In this document: positions 8,977 through 16,874 of the stretch, in pieces | Position numbering within the stretch: position 1 is the first letter of the stretch | Layout: the number at the start of each line of letters is the position of its first letter | From: Vicinamibacterales bacterium | GTDB taxonomy: Bacteria; Acidobacteriota; Vicinamibacteria; Vicinamibacterales; CAVVIG01 | Direction of reading: 5' to 3' | Assembly: GCA_040081555.1 (NCBI GenBank) | Contig: JBEBGG010000002.1 | Location: 1,692 to 65,691, forward strand | Length of the DNA: 64,000 nucleotides | Translations under genes and position numbers: made by a program | Notes under the pieces: generated by a model | The model's database searches: none | Told to the model about the DNA's origin: nothing | The model's input: the letters and a program-made list of their open reading frames with translations, nothing else

Positions 8977-9898
8977 GAAGAGTCCTCGCCTGATGCTGCG
9001 CGGCGGTCAATGCATGAAGCGCAATCGCCATCGGGTACACGTTTCCCAGCGCCTGGGTGTTCTCTGCCGCCAGGGCTAGTCGGGCCTCAACCTCGGTCGT
9101 GTCACGGTCGTAGATGCGCAAGCAGAGCGCCGTCAGTCCCAGCGCCATGCCGGAGATCTCCTTGACGCGCGCCTGATCGAGAAAGGCAAGCCCTCGCATC
9201 ACGACGGGCTGAGCGCGTCGATCGTGAAGCGCCAGTAGTGCCGTGGCAGTGGGTGGTACGTGTGGACGAAGATCCTGGCCAAGGGCGCTCGCGTTGCCAA
9301 AATTCCAGCCTCCGGTCTGGCAGCTTCTGTTCTCCATCATCCGCTCGGCCTCGGCGAGACGATCGGCGGCGCCTGGCGTGTCGAGCGCGCGAAACTTCTT
9401 GAGCGCCAGAACGCACCAGGCCGTGGGTTCCAGCCAACTGAACGTGTCCGGGTACCAGGGCCACGCTTGAAGCGTGTTGTCTTGACGCGTATCCGTTTCG
9501 TTGACCTTGATGCCCTTGACTGCAACGATGCCGCGAAGCAGCCGCGGCAAGAATGTGGCCCGCAATTCAGGGAAGAGATCGGCCAGGATGCACGCGGCGA
9601 GCCCTTCGGCCATCAGATTCGGTGACGATTGCGCCGTGTCGGTGAGCAGGCCGTCGCTTCGCTGACAGCCCTGAAGAAAAGTCACATGCGGGACCGCAAA
9701 CGCCGACCAATCCGCGTCGGTGCCAGACCAGGCACCGCGCAGAGCCAGCAAGGCCCAGCAGGTCGGTTCGATGCGACTGCCCTTGCCCGCGTAGTACGGC
9801 CAGCCGCCAGAGGTATTGGCCGCACGTGTCACGCAGTCCGTCAGTTCGGCTGCTCGCTGCTCTTCGAGCGCTCCCGCCACTGCCGCTATTGTATCCAT
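8963..9898 (-). CDS. Alpha/alpha-toroid repeat protein (prenyltransferase / squalene-cyclase-like repeats)
   Basis: Three repeats of the pattern 'GGW(P/N)..., EPT(C/A)W(A/C)(L/V)LAL' (also 'PPTATALLAL'). ATG at 9898 is preferred, because the longer ORF to 10069 overlaps the upstream gene. The 3' end overlaps the DUF362 start by 14 nt. No obvious signal peptide. Confidence 0.6.
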   Translation of the reverse strand: MDTIAAVAGALEEQRAAELTDCVTRAANTSGGWPYYAGKGSRIEPTCWALLALRGAWSGTDADWSAFAVPHVTFLQGCQRSDGLLTDTAQSSPNLMAEGLAACILADLFPELRATFLPRLLRGIVAVKGIKVNETDTRQDNTLQAWPWYPDTFSWLEPTAWCVLALKKFRALDTPGAADRLAEAERMMENRSCQTGGWNFGNASALGQDLRPHVPPTATALLALHDRRAQPVVMRGLAFLDQARVKEISGMALGLTALCLRIYDRDTTEVEARLALAAENTQALGNVYPMAIALHALTAAQHQARTLRVPA

Positions 9899-9915
9899 CG
9901 GGCCCGTGCCAACCC

Positions 9916-11391
9916 CTAGGGTGCACAGCTCGAGGCCGGAAGACCGGCGCGCAAAGGCGCGCGGTCCTGCCGGCGGAGCACGACGCTTGCGCCGGTGTCG
10001 ATGTCGACGGTGTAGCCATGATGCGCAAACCACATGGCCGCCGCGTCGCCACTCCGTCCACGGAGCCACGCATAGTCGGGATTGGTGCGGCTGACGAACG
10101 CCTCGAGCACATCCGGACGGCCAAGCGCCACAAGCTGTTGCTCCTCGAGCGTGGCGGCGCTGTAGACCGTTTCTCGGCGGCCGTCAGTCGACACCTGCAA
10201 TCGTGGTCCCCAGTGCCAGATCGCATATTCGCCCCAGTCAAACGGCACGACAATGCGTCCGCGCACTTCTGGTGCCGAGAGCGCACTGGCGGCAATCGGG
10301 TCTGGGCGCCAGGCCGCCGGGATCTCGAGGCAGCGCGCCTGAGGAAGGAACAGCGGCACGGTCACCGCGAGCACCGTGACTGCGTCGATCAATTGCGTCG
10401 AGGCGAGCCTTGGCTGCACACCGGCCGCGGACGCGGTCGGCTCAGCGCCGTCCCGGCGCCACGCCTCCAGTACGCAGACGCAGGCCATGAACGAAAACAG
10501 TGGTGCGAGGCGGGCCACGAAGAGCGCGTTCAGGCCAAGCCAACAGGCCGGCAGTAGACGCGCCCACGACACGTGCCGCCAGCGCGCAGTGATGGTCGTT
10601 GCAAGAATACCGATGGTCAGCGGCAGCAGCACGATCTGCGCAGGCTCGAACGCCTCCCAATAGGGTCGCCACTCAGTGATGTCTGGACGACTCATTCCCA
10701 CGGTGTCTGCCAGAAATTGCCAAAGCCTCCACCCGTATGGGTTGGCGATAGTGGCCACGACACTGAATGCGACGACTGCCGCGGGCATGACGACAGGACG
10801 CCACGTCCGTGTGTCGATGACGCGTCCAGCCAGCCAGAGTCCACAGACACCAACGCCGACGATCCATCCGCCGTGCAGGTTGGCCCAAGCCACAAAGATG
10901 AGCGGCAACCAGGCGATTCGCGCCCGCCCGGCAAGAATGGTGGACACGATCGCCAGGCCCAGGACTGTCCACAGATGCGGGCGAAACGTGGAGGCGAGCG
11001 GCGCGCAGCCAACGAATGCCACCGCAAGGAGCCAGCCTCGGTACTCCTGGCGGGTCGACTCGCCGAGGCGCGCCAGCAACCAGAAGGCTAGACCCACGAT
11101 GGCCATCTTCAGCGTCATCAGGCCGGCCACGCCTCCCGCTCGATACGCCTGGGCGAACAGCCACTCGCTCAGCCACTCGTGGTTGACCCACGGGACATCC
11201 TGCGTAAACGAATAGGGATCGACGCTTGGCAGGCGACCGGACGTTGCCAGGTCGAGCCCGAAACGGAGATGACCCCAGAAGTCTGGGTCCGGCGCGCTTC
11301 GAACACAGACAATTGCGGCAGCAATCAGTGCGGCGAGTCGGCCTGCGGGCGCAGCGGCGGTTTTAGCGGTGGTGGTCGATTCCTTCGACAC
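9916..11391 (-). CDS. Large polytopic membrane protein with a C-terminal soluble domain, family not recognised (GT-C-like architecture)
   Basis: 491 aa. The N-terminal ~350 aa is strongly hydrophobic. The early loop reads 'DPDFWGHLRFGLDLATSGRLPSVDPYSFTQDVPWVNHEWLSEW'. First gene of the minus-strand operon that continues into flp-tad. Confidence 0.5.
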   Translation of the reverse strand: MSKESTTTAKTAAAPAGRLAALIAAAIVCVRSAPDPDFWGHLRFGLDLATSGRLPSVDPYSFTQDVPWVNHEWLSEWLFAQAYRAGGVAGLMTLKMAIVGLAFWLLARLGESTRQEYRGWLLAVAFVGCAPLASTFRPHLWTVLGLAIVSTILAGRARIAWLPLIFVAWANLHGGWIVGVGVCGLWLAGRVIDTRTWRPVVMPAAVVAFSVVATIANPYGWRLWQFLADTVGMSRPDITEWRPYWEAFEPAQIVLLPLTIGILATTITARWRHVSWARLLPACWLGLNALFVARLAPLFSFMACVCVLEAWRRDGAEPTASAAGVQPRLASTQLIDAVTVLAVTVPLFLPQARCLEIPAAWRPDPIAASALSAPEVRGRIVVPFDWGEYAIWHWGPRLQVSTDGRRETVYSAATLEEQQLVALGRPDVLEAFVSRTNPDYAWLRGRSGDAAAMWFAHHGYTVDIDTGASVVLRRQDRAPLRAGLPASSCAP

Positions 11392-11454
11392 GGAGGCAAT
11401 CGTAGTCGAGACGGTGCGGATCCTGGCCAGGTTCGGCCGATACTATCCACGCCA

Positions 11455-12900
11455 ATGCCGCAGGGCCGTCAACGTCAGGGATGGCTGAGTGCGGGAGTCG
11501 TGGTCGCAATGGCGACCCTCCTCCGCCTTCCTGGTTTAGCCAACGATCTCTGGCTCGACGAAGTGTGGTCTGTCACCAATGTCGCCGGGCTTCATTCGTG
11601 GCGGGATGTATTCACCTCGGTGCGTGTCGACAACAACCACCACTTGAACAGCCTGTGGCTCTACTGGGTGGGCGATCGGATGTCGGCCACGCTCGATCGC
11701 GCGCCGGCACTGCTGTGCGGCATCGGTACAGTCATTGTCGCGTTTGCGCTGGGGGCCCGGGATCATCTCCGAACCGCGGTGGTCACCTCAGCGCTGTTCG
11801 CTCTGTCATTTCTGATGATCTACTACTCCTCCGAGGCACGCGGCTACGCCCCGGTGGTGTTCTTCGCAATGGCTGGCTGGTTCAGCTTGAGGGAATACGC
11901 GAAACGAGGGACCTGGCTTCCACTCGTTTCTTTCTGGACCTGCTGCGGCGCCGGTGTGCTGGCCCACCAGACCTTCATCGCCTTCTTCGCTGCTGGACTG
12001 TTCTGGTGTGACGCGCACGTCCAGCGCCACACGAGATCGATTCGAGTAGCGAGCGGCCGCACCCTGGTTGCATTCGCGCCGCCAGGACTCTTCTTCTTGG
12101 GCTTCTATCTGGTCTCGATTCGCGGCGCCGCAATCATGGGTGGACCGACGGCCGGCACGGCAGTCGTGTTCGCGGAGACGCTTTCCCTGCTCGGAAGCGG
12201 ACCTTCGCATGGCCCGGGGATCTGGGCATGCGCCCTGTTGGTTGGTGGCGCCTTCATTGCCTCCGTGGCGCTGATGGCACGGCGCGGCGACGATCGGTGG
12301 CTGTTATACGCCATCGGCGGCCTCGCCATGCCGGCGCTTTTTGCGGCGGTCCAGCAGGCAGCCATATACCCACGCTACTTCATCGTACCTGGCGCGTTCA
12401 TTCTGCTCGCCATCGGCGATCTATTGTCGCGGGCGCTTGAGGCTGGGACCCTCGCGCGCAGTGCAGCCCTGGCCGGCCTCGCCGCCATGTCACTGGGTAC
12501 CATCTTGAACGTCGCTGAACTCTTCCGTCTCGGCCGAGGGCGTTTCGACGAGGCGGTGAGGCACATGGCGGACACTCGCGCTGGGGCGGTCACCGTGGCG
12601 ACGGAGGCGGAGTTCTCGATGTTCGATGTCCGCTCCGACATGCTCATTGGCTACTTCGGGCGTGCCCTGCACGTAACCGATCACCTGCATTACGTGCCGG
12701 CTGGTTCCTATCCGATGTCTGGCACCGACTGGATGATTCGCGAAAGCCTTGGCGCGACGCCGCCTGCACCGACAATCGTCGACGCCAACGCCAACGAGTA
12801 CGTCTTTGATCGGGCCTACCGGTCCATGCCGCTTGCCGGCGTCGACTGGCTCCTCTACAAACGCAACAACACGCCACTTCGCACGGCCCCCGGTCGTTGA
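11455..12900 (+). CDS. PMT_2/ArnT-like glycosyltransferase (GT39/GT83-type GT-C candidate)
   Basis: ATG at 11455 was chosen because the longest ORF (from 11179) would overlap the divergent gene. 'LRLPGLANDLWLDEVWSV' is the first-loop DE motif typical of PMT/ArnT-family enzymes. The rest is polytopic. Confidence 0.6.
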   Translation: MPQGRQRQGWLSAGVVVAMATLLRLPGLANDLWLDEVWSVTNVAGLHSWRDVFTSVRVDNNHHLNSLWLYWVGDRMSATLDRAPALLCGIGTVIVAFALGARDHLRTAVVTSALFALSFLMIYYSSEARGYAPVVFFAMAGWFSLREYAKRGTWLPLVSFWTCCGAGVLAHQTFIAFFAAGLFWCDAHVQRHTRSIRVASGRTLVAFAPPGLFFLGFYLVSIRGAAIMGGPTAGTAVVFAETLSLLGSGPSHGPGIWACALLVGGAFIASVALMARRGDDRWLLYAIGGLAMPALFAAVQQAAIYPRYFIVPGAFILLAIGDLLSRALEAGTLARSAALAGLAAMSLGTILNVAELFRLGRGRFDEAVRHMADTRAGAVTVATEAEFSMFDVRSDMLIGYFGRALHVTDHLHYVPAGSYPMSGTDWMIRESLGATPPAPTIVDANANEYVFDRAYRSMPLAGVDWLLYKRNNTPLRTAPGR

Positions 12901-15005
12901 ACGAGATGCGCCCTCTTCGTCTCGCCGTCGGTTGTAGCATCGGGCTCCTGCTCGTGGCGCTGATGTGGCCGCTGGCGACGGGACAGATCTTCGTTCGGGA
13001 CGATGTGGCCGGATTCCATCTGCCGGTCCGCTACCTGTATCAGCAGGCACTACTTGCCGGTGATTCGGTATTGTGGACACCGTCGCTCTACTCGGGCTTC
13101 TACCTGTTTGGCGAAGGGCAGGCGGGGATGGCGCACCCGCTGCATTGGTTCCTCTACAGGTGCTTTCCCCTGACGACCGCCCTCAACCTGGAGATTGTGG
13201 CCAGCTACCTGGCGCTTCTTGCCGGCGGCGCGTTGTTGCTCCGGCGCATGAGTTTCGCAGCACCCATAGCGTGGTTCGGCGGAATGGTGTTCGCATTCAG
13301 CGGTTCGACCCTCCTGCATCTAATGCACGTCAACGCCGTGGCCGTCATCGCCCACACACCATGGTTGCTGTTGGCGGCCGATATCCTCATGGCTTCAGAG
13401 CAGCGTGCCGCCAGGGCGATGGCCTTCGCCGGGATCTCAGTGCTGCTCGCCTCACAGCTCTTGCTCGGTCATCCGCAGTACGTGTCCATCTCCTGGATGG
13501 CGGTGGGCTACCTGGTGCTCTGCTCCAGCGGGGGGCCCCATCGAGGGCGGAGTCTGGTCCTGCTGTCTGGCGCCATTGTCTTGGGATGCGCAATGGCGGC
13601 CATCCAAGTGTTGCCGACGCTCGACGTGCTGCGTGATTCGCTCCATGCCAATCTGCCTGCGGATGTACAGCTCCAGGTCTCGCTTGACGTGCGCCGTGAC
13701 GTGTTCGTGTTCCTGTCGCCGGGGGCGGTGAGATTCGGTCTTCTTCACGAGTTCGCCACCTACAACGGGGCCTTCTGCACCGTCGCCCTTTGTTGGGTGG
13801 GTCTGCGATGGCGCACGATGACACGCCGCCGTGTTGCGCTCGCGTTGGTCGGACTCCTCGTGATTGGTTTCGTTCTTTCGCTCGGAAGCGCTGGCGGACT
13901 GTATCCGCTATTGGCGAAACTACCTGGAATGAACGCGTTCCGTGCGCCGGCGAGACATATCGTGCTCGCACACCTTGCGCTCAGCGGCCTGGCGGCGATC
14001 GTGCTCGAAGATCTGTGGTTGCTGCGTGAGCGCGATGAGATCGTCCCCCTTCGAACGTTCTATCCGCTAGCCATCGTCGCGTGGCTTGCCATCTTGATCA
14101 CCTTCAATGCGCCATCACCGACGACGGGCCCCTGGTTAATGAATCCATGGCTGTGGGTGGGGCTCCTGGTAGCCGTGACGGCACTCGTGATCCTGTCTAT
14201 GCAGGGGCGCAAGTGGGCCCTGCCGGCGTTGGTCGCACTCGTCGCCCTGGATCAGGGTCTGTGGGGCTTTGGCTACATCTACGATCGTGAGGGGCAAGGA
14301 CTCGCGACGATTGAATCGGTCATGACGGCCGAGCCGTCACCGCCTGCTCGCGCTGGCGAGTCGGTCTTTCAGGCTCTGGTGGAGGGCGATCGCGGGAATC
14401 TGGTGGTGCTTCATGGCCTGAAGCGCTCGAACGGCTACGCCGGACTCATGCCAGCAACGGAACTCAATCCGGCAGACCCTACGACTCAACGGCTCGGCGG
14501 CGTAGCATGGGCGCGGTCCGATGGCTCATGGTCCCGGGTTGAGGACCCGATGCCGCGAGCCAGACTGCTCGCTTCGTGGGTACAAAGCAGCGATGCGGGA
14601 CGCGATGTCCACACCGTCAACATCCATCGAACAGCCATCGTCAGGGGCCCGATCGGCTCGTTGGAGGGAGACCCCGGAGTCGTGCGCGTGGTCGTGGATC
14701 GACCAGGCCGACTGGTTCTGGACTCGGCGGCCGAAGGGCGGCAGTTGCTTGTGACGACCGAACGCTTTCACGTCGGCTGGAAAGTAACTGTCGACGACGA
14801 CGCGGCCACGACCATTCCGGTCTTCGGCGATTACCTCGGCGTTGTCGTACCAGCGGGCGCACATCGGGTACAGCTTCGCTTCGCACCTGAAAGCGTGGCG
14901 TGGGGCGCCCGGATCAGTATCCTCGGCGTCGCCGCCGCCGCGGGTCTGACGATGTTGCTGGCGTGGACGCCTCGCCAACATGTCGCTCGGCGGGCCAATG
15001 GCTGA
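12897..15005 (+). CDS. YfhO-like large polytopic membrane protein (GT-C candidate) with a C-terminal soluble domain
   Basis: 702 aa. N-terminus 'FVRDDVAGFHLPVRYLYQQALLAGDSVLWTPSLYSGFYLFGEGQAG' resembles the YfhO family. The start (TTG 12897 or ATG 12906) abuts or overlaps the stop of the upstream gene. Confidence 0.55.
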   Translation: MNEMRPLRLAVGCSIGLLLVALMWPLATGQIFVRDDVAGFHLPVRYLYQQALLAGDSVLWTPSLYSGFYLFGEGQAGMAHPLHWFLYRCFPLTTALNLEIVASYLALLAGGALLLRRMSFAAPIAWFGGMVFAFSGSTLLHLMHVNAVAVIAHTPWLLLAADILMASEQRAARAMAFAGISVLLASQLLLGHPQYVSISWMAVGYLVLCSSGGPHRGRSLVLLSGAIVLGCAMAAIQVLPTLDVLRDSLHANLPADVQLQVSLDVRRDVFVFLSPGAVRFGLLHEFATYNGAFCTVALCWVGLRWRTMTRRRVALALVGLLVIGFVLSLGSAGGLYPLLAKLPGMNAFRAPARHIVLAHLALSGLAAIVLEDLWLLRERDEIVPLRTFYPLAIVAWLAILITFNAPSPTTGPWLMNPWLWVGLLVAVTALVILSMQGRKWALPALVALVALDQGLWGFGYIYDREGQGLATIESVMTAEPSPPARAGESVFQALVEGDRGNLVVLHGLKRSNGYAGLMPATELNPADPTTQRLGGVAWARSDGSWSRVEDPMPRARLLASWVQSSDAGRDVHTVNIHRTAIVRGPIGSLEGDPGVVRVVVDRPGRLVLDSAAEGRQLLVTTERFHVGWKVTVDDDAATTIPVFGDYLGVVVPAGAHRVQLRFAPESVAWGARISILGVAAAAGLTMLLAWTPRQHVARRANG

Positions 15006-16170
15006 GGAGCCTTTCGCAGCCGGTTGGCTCGACCGATGGATTGAGGCCGCCGCCCCGCTCTTGTGGTGCGCGCTGCTCCTCGGCATCTGTTACTCGGTCG
15101 CCATTGCCTGGAACGTCGAGTCGCCGGATTTCGACGTCTTTGTCGCCAGCGCTCGGGCCTGGTGGCGGGGCGCTGATCCTTATCAGGGATTCTTTGGTGA
15201 GGGACGCGGAATCAATCTCAATCCACCGCTAGCTGTCGTGGCGTTTGCGCCCATGGCCTGGCTTCCTGGAAAGACGGGACTCGCCGTGTGGCTACTGTTG
15301 AACGCAGCGGCGATCTGCTGGACTGCGTCGATCATCCTCCGGCAGACTAACGTGCCGCTGCTTGCGACTGCCCTCATCGGCTATTCGTCGTTGACCGGCC
15401 TGCTGGCGCTTCAACTCGGACAACTGAGTGCGGTGCTGTGCCCACTGGTTACTCTTGCATGGCTTGCCGATCGGAGCGACCGCGCGACCAAGGCCGCGGT
15501 TCTCGTTGGGTTGCTCGTCTATCTGAAGCCATTTTTCGCACTGTTCATCCTCTACTGGCTGTGGCGGAGAAAGTGGCGTTCCTCGCTGGTCGCAGGCGGG
15601 GTCGTCGTAGTGATGATGGCTGCGACCTTCGTGGTCTGGCCCTCGTTGACCCTGCGGTGGATTGAGGCGTTGCGTGTGGTTCGGTGGCAGGGACTGGCCT
15701 TGAACGGGTCCGTCGAGGGCCTGACGCACCGTATGTTCGGGCCCCCGATATCTGGGGCAAGACCTGCGCTGGCACCGTTTGTCGTGTCCTCGATCGTTGA
15801 GCAGGTCGCCACGTTGGCCGGGTGGGCGATTGTCGTCGCCTTGTCGTGGCGGGCGCTTCGGCGGGTATCGAATGTCGACCGAGAGTGGTCGATCGTCGGC
15901 ATGGGCGCGTTGTTGCTGTCGCCTCTCGGATGGAGCTACTACCTGGGGATGTTCGCCGTGCCTCTCGCCGCAACGCTTCCTCTGTCCGCCGTAGTCGTTC
16001 CGCTACTGTTCCTCAACGTTCCATCAGCGACACTGGCGAGCGCTCAATTCACTGCGCTCGGAAGCGCAACGGCGGGTTCGGTCGTGTTCTGGAGCTTCTT
16101 GCTCCTCTGGATTCAGGCGATGAGGGCCGCACAAGGCCCTCTCGTCATCGCCCCACCCGCACGACGCTGA
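14980..16170 (+). CDS. Polytopic membrane protein, DUF2029/GT87-like (second copy of this type)
   Basis: 396 aa. 'PDFDVFVASARAWWRGADPYQ...GINLNPPLAV' resembles the DUF2029 N-terminal loop. Overlaps the upstream gene; an alternative ATG at 14998 overlaps its TGA. Confidence 0.6.
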   Translation: MSLGGPMAEEPFAAGWLDRWIEAAAPLLWCALLLGICYSVAIAWNVESPDFDVFVASARAWWRGADPYQGFFGEGRGINLNPPLAVVAFAPMAWLPGKTGLAVWLLLNAAAICWTASIILRQTNVPLLATALIGYSSLTGLLALQLGQLSAVLCPLVTLAWLADRSDRATKAAVLVGLLVYLKPFFALFILYWLWRRKWRSSLVAGGVVVVMMAATFVVWPSLTLRWIEALRVVRWQGLALNGSVEGLTHRMFGPPISGARPALAPFVVSSIVEQVATLAGWAIVVALSWRALRRVSNVDREWSIVGMGALLLSPLGWSYYLGMFAVPLAATLPLSAVVVPLLFLNVPSATLASAQFTALGSATAGSVVFWSFLLLWIQAMRAAQGPLVIAPPARR

Positions 16171-16537
16171 ACACGTCACCGCGTCTCACGTCAGCGGGCA
16201 CCTGCCCGGCCGCAAACTCAATAGTGGCGAATGCGCCAAATGAGCCGCTCAGGCGCCAGGCCGCCATAGAACGACGCACTTTCAGTACTCGGCCATCCTT
16301 CGCGACAAACACGACGTCGATCGGGAACTTCATGAAGAACGTGTGGACCGCGCTGCACGGCGCGATGATCATGGCCGTGCCCAGGGACAACGAGGTGTGG
16401 TTCAGGAGACCCGTACGCCGACTCGCCGAGTCGAAGGCGGTCAGCAGCGTCGACGCGACCACGGCGTCGGTGTTCGCGTTGATCAGTTGAAATTGCGACG
16501 AATCGTCGTTGAGAAGATGAGAGAGAAAATGCGCCAC
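16145..16537 (-). CDS. DUF192 domain protein
   Basis: 130 aa. 'RRTGLLNHTSL...GTAMIIAPCSAVHTFFMKFPIDVVFVAKDGRVLKV' fits the DUF192 pattern (GLM...MxFPIDvvF). Confidence 0.7.
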   Translation of the reverse strand: MAHFLSHLLNDDSSQFQLINANTDAVVASTLLTAFDSASRRTGLLNHTSLSLGTAMIIAPCSAVHTFFMKFPIDVVFVAKDGRVLKVRRSMAAWRLSGSFGAFATIEFAAGQVPADVRRGDVFSVVRVGR

Positions 16538-16595
16538 GGGCGTGCAGCTCGCAGCGACATCCTACCGGAAGGAGGCGCGAAGAAGAACCCGTACG

Positions 16596-16793
16596 CTACG
16601 CGGCGTCTGCGAACGATTCAGCGACGACTGGGGTTCTCAGTGTCGAGTCGCTCAATACGATTGCTTCCTTGACCACAGCCGGTTCAAATCCAGACGCTGC
16701 CAACAGTTGGGCAAACTTCAACTTCCACGCTATGTCTGGCGTTGTCCCAGGTTCAAGCATCAAGTCTGCTCGGGAGTCCCACATCATGGCCAT
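16596..16793 (-). CDS. Hypothetical 65-aa protein
   Basis: ORF only, immediately downstream of dusB with no in-frame extension. No recognisable motif. It may not be real. Confidence 0.25.
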   Translation of the reverse strand: MAMMWDSRADLMLEPGTTPDIAWKLKFAQLLAASGFEPAVVKEAIVLSDSTLRTPVVAESFADAA

Positions 16794-16874
16794 GCGATGG
16801 ATGAGGCAACAGGCGTGCCGCTGCCTTCGATCGGAGACGATACGCAGCGCCGTGCAACGGGCATCCGCTATGAC

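Noticed and set aside
16145-16170. A 26-nt 3'-end overlap of the convergent genes 14980..16170 (+) and DUF192 (-), as a possible antisense regulatory arrangement.
   Set aside because: Short convergent overlaps are common in compact GC-rich genomes. Nothing in the sequence points to regulation.
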